Program-made: the position numbers and the translations under genes
Assembly: GCF_964355755.1 (NCBI RefSeq)
Contig: NC_092671.1
Location: 10,788,001-10,852,000, forward strand
Reading direction: 5' to 3'
From: Antedon mediterranea
Lineage: Eukaryota; Animalia; Echinodermata
Length of the DNA: 64,000 nt
The notes under the pieces: model-generated
What the model saw: only the letters and a program-made list of their open reading frames with translations
What the model was told of the DNA's origin: nothing
The model's database searches: none
Part shown: piece by piece, positions 40,165 to 52,695 of the stretch
How the letters are laid out: each line of letters starts with the position of its first letter
How positions within the stretch are numbered: the first letter of the stretch is position 1

Positions 40165-40480
40165 GAGCGAGTCATATGGCTGAGCGGTTAAGGCAGGGGC
40201 GCCGTTTATCGTACCTAAAGAGCCAACAACAACATCGGCAAGGGTTCGAGGCCGACTCGCTCCTAGTTCTGGTGGTGGAACAAGTCTTCTCGGATAAGGA
40301 CTATAAACCGTAGGTCCAGTGTACACAGTTATAACCTGTGTGTACGTAAAAGAACCCAGTTCAATTCATTATTCGAAAAAGAGTAGGGGGTTACCCCGGT
40401 GAACTGGTTCACACAATAGCCTCTGTATCAGGGGGATTACCACCTATCTGATAGGACAGTGATTAATTCACTATTGGTAA
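40165..40480 (+). mobile_element. tRNA-derived SINE with a Deu/Nin-like core
   Basis: A box TGGCTGAGCGG and B box GGTTCGAGGCC, then cttctcggataaggactataaaccgtaggtcc...aaagaaccc...gaaaaagagtagggg...ccccggtg, resembling the Deu domain. Confidence 0.7.
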
Positions 40481-40494
40481 CTTCCAGAGTAAAG

Positions 40495-40670
40495 TCAATT
40501 GCAGCGTGCGTGCGTTATTTAGTGTGTCCAGAAACATGTATGCATCATTCTGACTGGGCATGAACACATCAGTGTCGTCAACATATCTTCGATATAAAGA
40601 TAACATCTTGTAAGACGACTGTAAGGTTTTTCAACGTTGCACATAAATATTTTGGCCATTAGTGGACTTT
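40495..40670 (-). mobile_element. Penelope-like RT fragment
   Basis: Encodes SPLMAKIFMCNVEK and YRRYVDDT, PLE RT motifs. Confidence 0.65.
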
Positions 40671-40689
40671 ATTATCACATGGCTCTGAT

Positions 40690-41910
40690 TTTTCTTTTTA
40701 CGTAGCGCCACCAGAGGGCGTTTTCAATTAATTCTAGTATATGTATGACACACCATGTGTGGCAAAGTTATTTCTTTTTAACGAAATTGTTAGGCCAAAT
40801 AAGCCGAACCTATAGCAGGGTATATTGTTGTTTATTTCATTACATGTTATCATTAATTATAATTGTATGTGAAGTATTTCCGTCGTGGAGCAGCAGTTGT
40901 TAATATAATCGATAAACAAAACCTTTTCGCGGAATTTCTAATTGCGTGATGAACTGCACAAATTGTAGTTAATAAATGTTATTCTTTTTACACTAAATAA
41001 TTATTGATTTCACGTTGTTTACTTCGTGTAATCATTCATACAGTGCCTCCACATTTGTTTACAAAATGTCACTATTGTACAAGGCAGCCGCACACGAATA
41101 ATGGATCGACATATCCGACAATTAATGTGTCTAACTTAGCAAAGGTAACATGGTTAGTGAATAAAATGCCGATAAATATGGTTCATGGTGCAAAATTAAA
41201 GCGATTAGAATCTAGTTTCAATTTCAAGTATTTGAGATCAGCACCAAAACCATAACGACATGTCCCATAAAATATTGTAAGGCTAAGACTCAAATTCTTT
41301 TTAACCATTACTTAGCCTAAAGATGTATTGTCCCTCTGAAAAAAAATGTTGTTGAATATGTCATTTTAATATCACATAACAGTTATTCACTTTGATAAAA
41401 AATTGATCGAAAAAAAAGCATTTATCTGAATAACTGTAATCTAAAGCAAAAAATAGTCAACGTGGCTGCCAGCCAATTGGTTTTTGGTTGAATTTGACCA
41501 TTTATTTTGTCATTTTAAATGTGAAAACATTATATTTTTCGGTTTTTTTTTACGGAAGGGATTAACTTCATTAAAACTACAAAATAACCTATTCAAAGTC
41601 ATGTTTCCGGGGGACAATACATCTTTAAACAACGCTTTGAGATCAAAGGCGCACGATTATAAAACGGTGCGTAAATTTGTTACAAACTTGTTTATAAAAT
41701 ACTAGACGTTTAAGCTGTGTTGATCATACCCTTCTAGTAATTTTAATTTAACCTTAAAAAGGTGCCATAGTTTGCAATGTCAACCTAATCGACTCAAAGA
41801 ATAGAGTGGGGAAAGAAATAAGAGGCACTGAGGATTCAATCATGGCACAAGTTCTTGATTACGAAAGCAGACCATGCTCAGTTAAGTCATCTGTAAATTT
41901 TAATAAAGAG
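40690..41910 (+). repeat. Segmental-duplication block homologous to the DD-gene downstream flank
   Basis: cagagggcg...catgtgtg.caaagt.attt occurs at 11620, 16740 and 40712. 11850-12620 aligns with 40900-41910. Confidence 0.85.
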
Positions 41911-42053
41911 GTATAGCAGCCGCTCCCATTAGGTCTACATTTACATCTACACACATAAAACAAATTTTAAAATGTAACTTGAAACACACAACCATTGCTA
42001 AACAAAACATGAGTGAAGTAAGTAAATACCATAATACATGCTCTTAATTATTA

Positions 42054-43242
42054 TTACATTTGGTATTTTGTAAGGAGAAAGTCAATTCTATTTACTATAT
42101 CTGATAATTTTGGCAGTAGACTTAACACCCCTTTATAAGAGTTCATTTCCTGTTCAGTTTCAAAAAATATTAAATATTCTCCAACACTAGCATGTTCCAA
42201 TCTGGAGAGATCGTGGTCTACATTCACTAACGTGCACCACGTGTTCAGGAGTACCTCTATCTCTCCCCTACTTCGCCTCTGTGCAGCATTTTCTAAGTCC
42301 TGGGGCTGTTTTTTTAACCTCATGTAAATCTCCATTTTCACTTGTTGTCGCAAGAGGCGAAAGTTTTTCACGTTTATTAGGAATGATTCGAGGGCGTATG
42401 TCCAACTGTTAGCCTCACCATACTCGTGTTGGCAAGATTGTAGTCCAGCCTCTACCATACTCAACGAGATGATACATTGTGAATCTTGAGGTTTGACACT
42501 TCGTAACGCCTGGATGAAGTATTTGATAGATTTGGTGAACTTGTTCATCGCGACAAGACACGAGCGAAGTTGGCTTTGGAAGTGTAGTTGCAGTCGTTCA
42601 ACGAGTTTGATAAATTCAGCTGCAGTATTTTGATTACCTGAAACAGAAGGCCTATAACATGTAGTTATTGCATAATTATATGCGTCGTCGATGTGTATGC
42701 ATTGAATGATTATGATTACCATTATTATAATGAATCGTCGCCATTTGATCATTTCTTGATCATCTTTAAACCACTTTTGGCATTTCTATCTGAACATCAA
42801 CACTATCAATGATTTTTCCATTACAAAGGTAATCTCACCTTACTTTATCGGTACTCATAATACACAAGAATATCTACCCTTAGTTTTCATTTAAGAAACA
42901 ATACCACTAATCTTAGGCCTAATTCAATTCTATATAATCAAATCAAATAAATGACAATTAGACACACCTACGTAATACTATTTTGAATTACTACATCGGA
43001 AAACGTTAAAAACATTAATATAAAGCGTTAATGTACATATAAGTTTGTGTAGTACCGAATACCTATATATATATATATATATGTATATATATAATAAAAA
43101 TATAATACAAATCAATAACAATTTAAATTAAACACAAATTAGAAAGATAATACCAACCCTTGTTTGAATTGTTCTGAAATCCTTCATTGACTTTTCTAGT
43201 CAGTGGATGTAGCTGTGACCGGAGAGACGACGAACTTTCCAT
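42054..43242 (-). CDS. SPACA9-like (MAST family) protein; exons 43158-43242 and 42054-42637
   Basis: Acceptor TTTCAG at 42638; phase-1 donor AAG G|GTTGGT at 43157. LLNTWCTLVNVDHDLSRL...EQEMNSYKGVLSLLPKLSDIV resembles SPACA9 LLEKCKTLVSQSNDLSSL...DEARNHYGGVVSLIPLILDLM (recalled from memory). Confidence 0.7.
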
Positions 43243-46005
43243 CACGGTGAATGAAATCGTAAACAAAATGTCAACTGTGTTTCAACAACGACATCATTAC
43301 AACTTTTGTTCTAAATGCCTATGTTCTTTCGTCTTTTTTCCTTAGTTTTATAGTTGAAATGACTCCATGGATTTGAGAATACACACCAACCGTTTCTGCT
43401 TAATTCCGTACGAAAGAATTATCTTAAACACTTTTTTGTTTTACGGACATCAATCCCCTTTGAAGGTTAAATCCAAATGGGTATTCTTCGCAGCTATTGT
43501 AAACCTATAACACCACAATTACCTTCTTACAGAATCAGTAGATAAAGAGACAGAGTAAACATACAAAGCTTCCTTTTGTTGACAATGTTGAGTAATCCTC
43601 AACAATAATAAAATAAATATTTCCTCTCTTCTTAGCAAATGGTTTATTCTTGCTCAATGGTTAAATTGTTTATAAAAAACAATTCTCTGACTTACTAAAT
43701 TCAATATCGAATGCAAAAACAGATTAGTGTTTAAACAGTGTGTTTACCGTCATTAGGCAAGGATAACCGTATTTGAACAGAACCGCGAGCAAAGAGAAAC
43801 ACCTAGGTCTGTACAAACATCTTACTCCCATCGGTAAATATATTAGTAGAAAGGTAATGTTTAACGACCATTCTAAAGAAATCTGCAGTGTTTTATATTT
43901 CCTTAATTCTACATCTGCGCTTTTCTATTCAAAATCACGTGACGATCGAGAAATCTACTATTGAAGATGATACCCGCAGGGATAACTTCAGATTAAAAGA
44001 GACATTCAATTAATATAGATGAAACACCGGAAAAACGACAATTATGAGAGTGATTATATTACTTCAAAAATTTGATTTCAATGAAGGAAAGCAGGTGAGG
44101 TGATTTTATTTCGATAAATCGCAGTTTATATGAATAGAAAATTAAATATAGAAGTTTGCATCAATTTGTATGATATCCTACTAGATTTCCGTAAATAAAG
44201 CTATTAAATTGAGTGATGTCCTTTGTACTTTTAGGTATTCATTGAGGCCTAGAATTACGATAGAAGAAGCGTACACGTCTCCGTAATTGCAACAGTAGAT
44301 GATTCTTCGTCAATCAAGAGAAAGGAGTATTATTTTTATTAATGCTATCGTGTACATACCCTCCTAATGCCTTTTTCCTAGCAGAGAGGTGAGAGGTCTC
44401 CCCTTTAGGTAAATAAAATATAAGGGGACTTTATAAAACACGACCAAACACTAGAGGGCAGTATCATGTTCAAAATTACATGAAAGCATAGAGGGCGCTA
44501 TATTGGGTGTCAGTATTTCATACTAAACACTTTCCAAAACGTAGAATATGCGAATATCCCGATTGAAACGGGAGACCGGATCACTCAAAATATCGGAAAA
44601 CTAGTTAATTTAAAAAATTATTCATTCATTCTTTATTTAGCCTTCAAAATCGAAATACATTTAAACATAGGTAACAAAAACAAGACAGGTGGAAATCTTA
44701 GGAGGCAAGGATTAGCAAAAGCATTTCAAATCGCTGTAGCTCGCAGGCTTGTTTATCCATCCTTAGACATGCAGTACATAGATAAATAAAATACACATTT
44801 ACTATTCAAATATAAATAAGTATAATTAAGTATCAAAGTATAGCCTACACAGTTTACGTATGTATATGCAAAATATTAAAATAAATAAATAAATATGAAA
44901 CAAATTACTATATGGTAAACGATAATTATAAAAATATTACTACTGTAGCAAATCATATTTAATTTAGTAAAATTGTAAAGATCCAAATTAAGTACTAAAA
45001 ATCAAACCATCAGGAAAACAGAAAAACATGATGTAGTCTTAATAAATTATTGAAATAAACTACAGTACTCAGTTAATATAAAAGATGATTGTTGAAAAAC
45101 ATGTAATTATAGTACAAAAAATTGCAGTAGGCCTACCCAAGGAATTTAATATTGATAACACATAGTAGTAGTAGTAGTAGTGCTGATTATTGACTTGCTG
45201 TTAGGTTCACTACACAAGCTAACTGAACCATACTACTCATCAACAAGTCACACGATATTTATCTTATCTTATTATTTGTATTGTATTTGTATATGTTTTT
45301 ATTTTGATTATGGAATAAAAATGTCGATGAAAAAAAAAATTGAATTATAATTGTAGTTTAACTATTATTATCTGATTCTGATTAGATCAGTTAAGGTATA
45401 AGGTCTCGTAGTATGTACGACATATTGGTAATTCCCACAGAATAATCGATGCGAGTGTAATAGAGTGTAATCGACTGTGAAATACAAAGACAAAAAAAGG
45501 AAAATAAACCCGTATACATATGTAGATTTTTACAGTTTTGAAGTGAATATTGAACAATGATGATCAATAAATCAAACTATAATACAAATGTTAAACTCTA
45601 CCAAAATCACTTGTTACAGTGATTTGGAACGTCAGGGTTTTAGACATTTCTGTCTGTCGTTGTACCAGATTAATTTAATGCATACACTTAAGTTTCGGAT
45701 CTTCATATGTTTTGTACTTATAGTACTAGCATCAACACTATGTTTTCAAGGTAGGGTATGATTAAACAAAGGGATTAGTCGGCCCTATGTTCTTATTGGT
45801 TTTTGTATTGGTTTTAGGCTTATTTCATAATATATCATTATTAAAGTAAATCCAAGACTAGATATTATACACACTGTTTCCGTCACAGTAAACGGAAATA
45901 TACTATGAGTTGACGCATTACAGACTTATTGACGTAATGTACATTCTCGTGGACTAATCTGTTATTTGCAATATTTTACTCCAGCTTAAAAATTAGACTT
46001 TATTG

Positions 46006-47198
46006 ATGAAATTGGAATTAACACTGATCAAAATCTTCATTATATTTGTGTATTTTGCATCGGCTATTTCTTTTTATTATAATGTGTTTTTTTTGTTTCA
46101 GTTGGAAATATTCACACTAGTTACCCAATAATGCGTCAACCAACACCGAATACAGGAATGTTTGGAAATATTACCCTACTTGCCAACATCGAGAGGGCGT
46201 TAAAACATATATGGACAGTTAAGCAAAGTAAAAAACCAGACTATAAAAGTTTTGGCACCAAGCCAAATGTTGTCATCATCTTATCTTGTAAAAGGTCTGG
46301 AACTTCTTTCTTCGGAGAACTGTTCAATCAGAATCCAGACGTGTTCTATGTGTTTGAGCCTCTAATGTATTTCACATATATGGCTTTAAACCATGAGATA
46401 TCAAACGACAAATTTGATACGTTGTCATTAAAAATGATAGAAAGTATTTCAACTTGTGATATCCACCATATTCCTTACTTATCGAAGTGGTGGGAAAAGG
46501 GTTACAATCGTCGTTTATCTATCAATTTCAAAGGTTTATCAATGGAATCTGGAATTAAAAAGATTAGTGAGCGTTGCAATGTGTCCAAACTAATAGCCAT
46601 AAAAACTATCCGCGTGGCTGATATTGCGTTGTTGCGTGATTTTATTGAAAGCGAAAAAGCAAATGTAAAAGTGTTACATCTAGTTCGTGATCCTAGAGCC
46701 GTTATGAATTCCAGGTGGAAATTAAAAGAACCGAATTCAGATTTTCTTCGAAAACGTAGAAATGGAAATGCAACTGACGAGGTTGTCGATTTGTGTCAAC
46801 ATACTACAAGAAATATAGAATACGTTTCGTCGAAACCTGATTGGCTTAGAGGAAAGTACAAACTACTAAGATACGAGGACGTGGCTAGTTTTCCAATTGA
46901 AAGCTCTATTGAGATATATAATTTTTTAGGTATTGATTACCCATCTGCTTTAACTGATTGGTTAAATAACAATACCAACAAACAGAGTGGTAATCCATAT
47001 GGTACATCTAGGGTCTCTTATCAAATCATTAACAATTGGAGAAAAGAGATTGCTTTAAATAAATTAAATGAGATACAAGAAAAATGTAAACATACGATGA
47101 CGTCATTAGGTTATGAAGTATTAAATGGCGAAAAACAACTTTTGGACATAGACGGCAAAATAGCGTATAAAGCATTTACCAAACCAGAATTCACTTAA
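46006..47198 (+). CDS. Carbohydrate sulfotransferase (CHST1/CHST3-like Gal/GlcNAc 6-O-sulfotransferase family)
   Basis: 5'-PSB RSGTSFFGELFNQNPDVFYVFEPL, IKTIR, 3'-PB HLVRDPRAVMNSR, LRYED. The main ORF is 46131-47198. A putative signal-anchor starting at ATG 46006 is out of frame by 1 nt at T8 (46087-46094). Confidence 0.9.
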
Positions 47199-50100
47199 GT
47201 TCTGTCTACACTACGGTATCAACATAATATATGGATATGATGATGTCATAGCACTACCATATTTGGGAATATCACTACCATTGTTTGGGCACATCACACT
47301 TATTTTATCAAAATAGTGTATTCAAATGCTTGCTTGCGCCTTCCTTTGATCTCTTTTGTATGCAGTGATTTCATAGAAGGAATAGATTTTATTTTGAACT
47401 TGCAGTTATTGTAGGCCTACATTAATTTCCCTCCCAACATTCTTGTTTATGTTAAATATACTATATGATGGGCTTAGGCCTAGGCCTTTATATAGTATTG
47501 ATCTTATGAATAAGTTGAAGCAAGAACAAAATTACGAACATACTGATAATAATTGGTTGTATAATGTGTAATGACTTACATCTAAAAATAATTTTACAAA
47601 ATGAATATATTGTTAAAACGTTACAGATGTTGGTGGTGTACCAGTATTTTATAATGATAACGTGTTGATAAAAAATTAAACAGCGCCATCATTTTAACCA
47701 ATACTCGCGTCAATTTGAAACAAATTGTTTTGTTATAGTATTTAGCATAGTAGAATGACAGTTTTGCTACACACGTCATGTTTAATATTTATTTTACGGC
47801 ACAAGTGTCGTAGAAGGCCGACAATTAATGCCTAGGCCTAAAATCAAGAACGTAATTGTTATGGCTTCCGTGATAACGCCAAATTCCAAAATTTAATGTT
47901 ATAAGTAAAATTGTATTTAGTTGATTGATTTGATACCCATATATGAATATTTAAACAAAAAGGCAAAATGAACACGTTCTTTCTTTTTAAATAATTCTAG
48001 AAAACTATATATGAAATGCATTTCCAAAAAGAAAGGAATCAATTACATCGACTTAAAATTGGAGCACAATTTACTCTTTCGAAGAAAAAAAACACAACCC
48101 CGAAACACGTTTCTTTATGTCATTTTCGCACAATGCATCGCGAGCACCAACCATAATCTATCAATGCCAAGAGTATGATACGCTTACAGGCATCTCGCCT
48201 ATTTATTGAAATTACTAAATGCAGGTAAGTGTGTAAACACATTGTCTTAATAGATATCTGACATTCACAATGGATGATAGTAAGAATTGGTGAACGTGAT
48301 AAGCCAAGATTTTGTTCAGACGCCCCAAATTACCGATGACGTACGCGCTATAAAACTCTTAACCGGTCTATCATTGCGCCATCATTGGTTATTGACGGAC
48401 GGTAATTTCATCCCACGGGTATAAAGATCGACACTGCGTTGTAGTTTTTAATGTTTAAATGTCAATGTACGAATCCTCCTGTGCTCAAGTCAGTACTGAT
48501 CCCATCGACGCGAAGAGAGTGTAACTCGCAAATTATATGCCTAAACAGAACTATAATATTATCAATGGTGTTTGGCATATAATAGACTTAATAACAATCG
48601 CTTATTCTGATTCGTTGAACGCGTCGATACGACACACGTAATTGGAAGCAGCATATTTCTCAAAATTGTAATATAACTTTTCAGAAAGCCTTTATTCTAC
48701 AACAATATCCCGAGGAATTTTGAAGTTTGATAGTATCACGGTAAGTACAACAGTTGCATACCATATTTTTGATAGGCTAATCACAGTTACCAGATACTAA
48801 TTTGTGTAATGGATTTATTTTTGGTAGATGGACTATATTAGATATTAGTTTAAAAAACAACAACAACATTTTTGGTGGATACACCACTGTTTGTCCGAAT
48901 AATTCATTTGGAAAGAATGTTCTAGTAATAATAATAATTGTATTTTTTGGAACTGGATCTCGTCTGATCGACCGACATGTGTTGATGTTATATTAGCTAC
49001 TAATTTAATATAGGCCTATAGACGTTAACTTACATTTTTTCAATATTGAAGTCTCGTAACAGTGTCTGTATCACGAAAGAACATTCATTCTAAACCGCCC
49101 GGGGATATACTTAAATTTATATATTATATATTAATAATTATAAACATTAATTGTATTAGTTATTTGTTTGATAAGAAGAGATGCTACTTAATAATGATTG
49201 TTTTTTATTTTCATTAAATCAAAAAATAAATGAAAAAAAAAAAACTAAACAGATAATTAATCTTTTATACAATGAAGTAATCAAACACGATTCCAAGGCT
49301 GTTAAATAATAACTAAATTTATCTGGTTACTGATGATTCTAAAAGAAGTCTTTGTTCTAAAGTGTAGAAACATCAATCTTTTCCAGTGGTTTTAAGAATG
49401 CATACGAAATAATTACTTTAATTGTGACATTTATAACAATTACATTTAATAAGGCTTTATTTAATTCACCGAGTTACTACAACGCACTACTAGCAAGCAC
49501 TATCAAATCCAATTTCCAACAACAATTAGGGCATGTTGTCCTTTCACATGATGTGAATTATTATGTATTTTAGCGGTTAGGAATGGTTAAAATGGTAAAT
49601 ACGTTTATCTACGTCTTTCACTTCTGTTTTATATTGTTGTTGTATTTTATTAAAATGTCTTTTGTTTCATGTGAAGGTAAAAATCAATTTCCTACCTATA
49701 TACTTATACTGTAGAACTCCTCCTTCAGGGGACACGTCATTAAGGGGGCACCTCTATTGGGTGGACACTTTGCTGTGAAACGAATAAAAGGCAATACATT
49801 TTAACCAGGCGATTTCGCGCACTGTGTCTATAGACAAGAACATTGTCTCTAGACATGTGCAGTATCGAGTTCTTTAACGCGACCGTCCCTCCTGTGGATA
49901 CTTCGTAGGTCTAAAGGTTTCCTGTTAGTGAGGGGTTCGATTGTTTAAGTCTGAATATTATTATTAAATAGGCCTACAGTTATTAAATAAACTATTATAC
50001 ATATAGTGTTCAGAAAGTTTATTATCACGTTACCGAATACCAGCTTACGTATACGACGTATGATAACATATATAAATACAGCAACTTTTACTTTGAAATG

Positions 50101-51487
50101 ACTGTTAGACTTATATTTATCACAATAAATTCTGTGAACCAACCAGAGGTGGAAAGTTTGGTTTTACACAAACTAGCTAAATGGATTATTTACTTACAAT
50201 CTACAAGCGTATAATATATCCTAAAGGATTGAAGTGAATTATATAAGAATTATTGTAGTGTTAATAGCCAGAGGTCGATGTTACGTATGGTCATTTATAC
50301 TGTTTTGACAGAAATAAAATACAATAAAGTATATTTTTAAATCCGATAATGAGATGGATGAACATTACTAGTCACAATAAAAAAAAAATGATTTATTGAG
50401 TGTCAGTTTGGTGTTCCTGAATAGAGGTTGACCGAAATGTCACATTGTCCAATATCCGTTTCACAAAAAAAATGTCCCCTAATATTATAGGGATTTCCCC
50501 TGAGTATGTGTCCGAAAAGAGAGGTTCTAGTGTATTCAACTATACGAATACGCATGCGCAATACTAAATGCTTTCGATTCGTGCAAGTTAATTTACCTAA
50601 TGGTAAACAGGGTCCAAGCATGGTATAAGCAGCCAAACTCACGTTAATAAATAAATAATTATGATTTATATAAAAACATGTTTTTAGACTTCAAACAAAT
50701 TAATCAGTTACAAAATTCAAATACGGTTAAGATGAAACAGAACGTCAATCAAAACGTAAATGTCAAAATAATCCTTTTAGGCAATAATAAGCAAATGAAT
50801 CTGGTTCGAAAGAATGATTTATAGGCCTACATCATTGAATTAACTTAAATTATAGCGTATTAGCTCTCAAAAACATAAGTAACATACACATTCTGAATGA
50901 ATACATTCGTGTCATCTGCTACATCGAATTACATGAAATAGATGTTACTTAAAATTGTGAGCGAAACATCACAGGTATTGAACAGAATTCTGACATTTAG
51001 CACAACGAAGGTAATAAAACGTATCATCCATTTTCGTAATAAATTGGCTTACTAGGATTCAACTTAGACTAATGTGGCACTTTTATCATCGGTTAATAGA
51101 GCTAAATTACACCGTAGTTTATTGAAACAAAATTGAAGAAACCCGTCTTATGGGTAAGCTTGAATTCGGTTAACGACCAGTTGCAGATTAATATCTACTT
51201 ATGTCGACTATAAGCTAGTAACATTTACAATAATCCACTAAAGCTTAAGTATGATCGTGAGTAATTATTAATTAGACGTATAGTTACAAACTACTAGTGA
51301 AGAGAAGTAAGTGGATTTGATTGCAGTTATGCTAATCTCAGAATGTTCGTGTGTCAAGTTCAGTAATTAATGCCAGAGGTGAGGTGTGTACCAAGTTATT
51401 AGTCTGATTTGTGTTTGATGAGAAATATGGGTTAAAAAAAAGTTGGCGAAGTGATGGGAATGCTGGAAAGTAAATACCGGAGGTGCG

Positions 51488-51630
51488 CTAAAGCTTTATC
51501 TACACTATCAAACTTTATGTGACAAAAACGTGATGTGACCATATATGGACATGATTATGTCATATCAATACCATATTTAGGCACATCGCATTTGTTGTCA
51601 CATAAAGTATGATAGTGCAGACAGAGCCTA
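51488..51630. mobile_element. ~140-bp MITE family copy (others at ~47197-47320, ~52450-52590, ~58441-58583)
   Basis: TIR aaagct.t.tctacactatcaaact / ag.tgatagtg.agacagag and a shared core gatgtgcccatatatggacatgatgatgtcatatc. Confidence 0.75.
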
Positions 51631-52695
51631 AAACGAATGTGTTATCAACTAATAGGACACGACTAACGGTGACATATTCAATAGGCCGTTTGTCATCATA
51701 GGAATTGCTTCGTCCTTCTCTCACCATCCATCATTTTTGTCTTCATCTTTTGTCGTTCTTCTCAACACCATCACCTCATCCATTAACATTATCATCATTG
51801 TTGCCATTATCAATGGTTTGTTACCCGAGTATGATGTATTATGTAGGGTGAATGAATACAGAGACTTAACCACGATTACCAAGGCACGTGGCATACATCG
51901 TACTTAACATGTTTAGATAACAACCCACGCTTACATCACATCAGTCACTTTTAAACATAACACTAAAGTGTATGCCCTCGATGTTATCTGTTTAATAATA
52001 AGCACTCAGCTAGAGATTTAGTAAGGTTTGATTATGAAGAAATTTACTTCAATGGTTTTCTGCTACAGAACCTATATTATGGGGACACTTGTTGGGTCTC
52101 AAGGTGTCATATGAATATGTGTTAGTAGTGTTCAAACTTATATTTCCCCTCGTTTGTTTTACAGGAGTGTCTCTTACAAGGGTGTTCTCTGTCAATGGTT
52201 AAGGAAGAGAACGTTTTACCGTGTTTACAAAATACGAAAGTTAAATATTATAAAGCAGCAACAATCACAACAAATAAGATGCTTGATGGACAGAAACACT
52301 AATTTGATGTGATTCAATATGTGTATATTTGTATCCCTCTCTGCAGGGGAAATCATCCATTATATTGAGGGGGTACTTTCCAGTGACGAGCAATATGATT
52401 AGGTTTTGTAAATGTCTATCTGTCCATAAACTATACTATAAACATTTGTAATGAACACAAATTGTTTGACAAAATAAAAATGGTGATGTTCCCAAATATG
52501 GTAGTTATATGTTTAAATAAGGTAGTGATATGACATCATCATGTCCATATATGGGCACATCACATTTTTTTGTTGTCAAATAAAGTTTGATTTTTTTTTA
52601 TTACAAGTGTGATAAATACTGTACTTCCTTATATTTCAGTATCATTGCAAGCAGAGGTAACAGCAGTCCGGAATAAGAACTTCCACAAAATAAAT

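Noticed and set aside
43850-44094. Possible first coding exon of the sulfotransferase (CAG|GTGAGG donor)
   Set aside because: Stops in all three frames; at most a 5' UTR exon.
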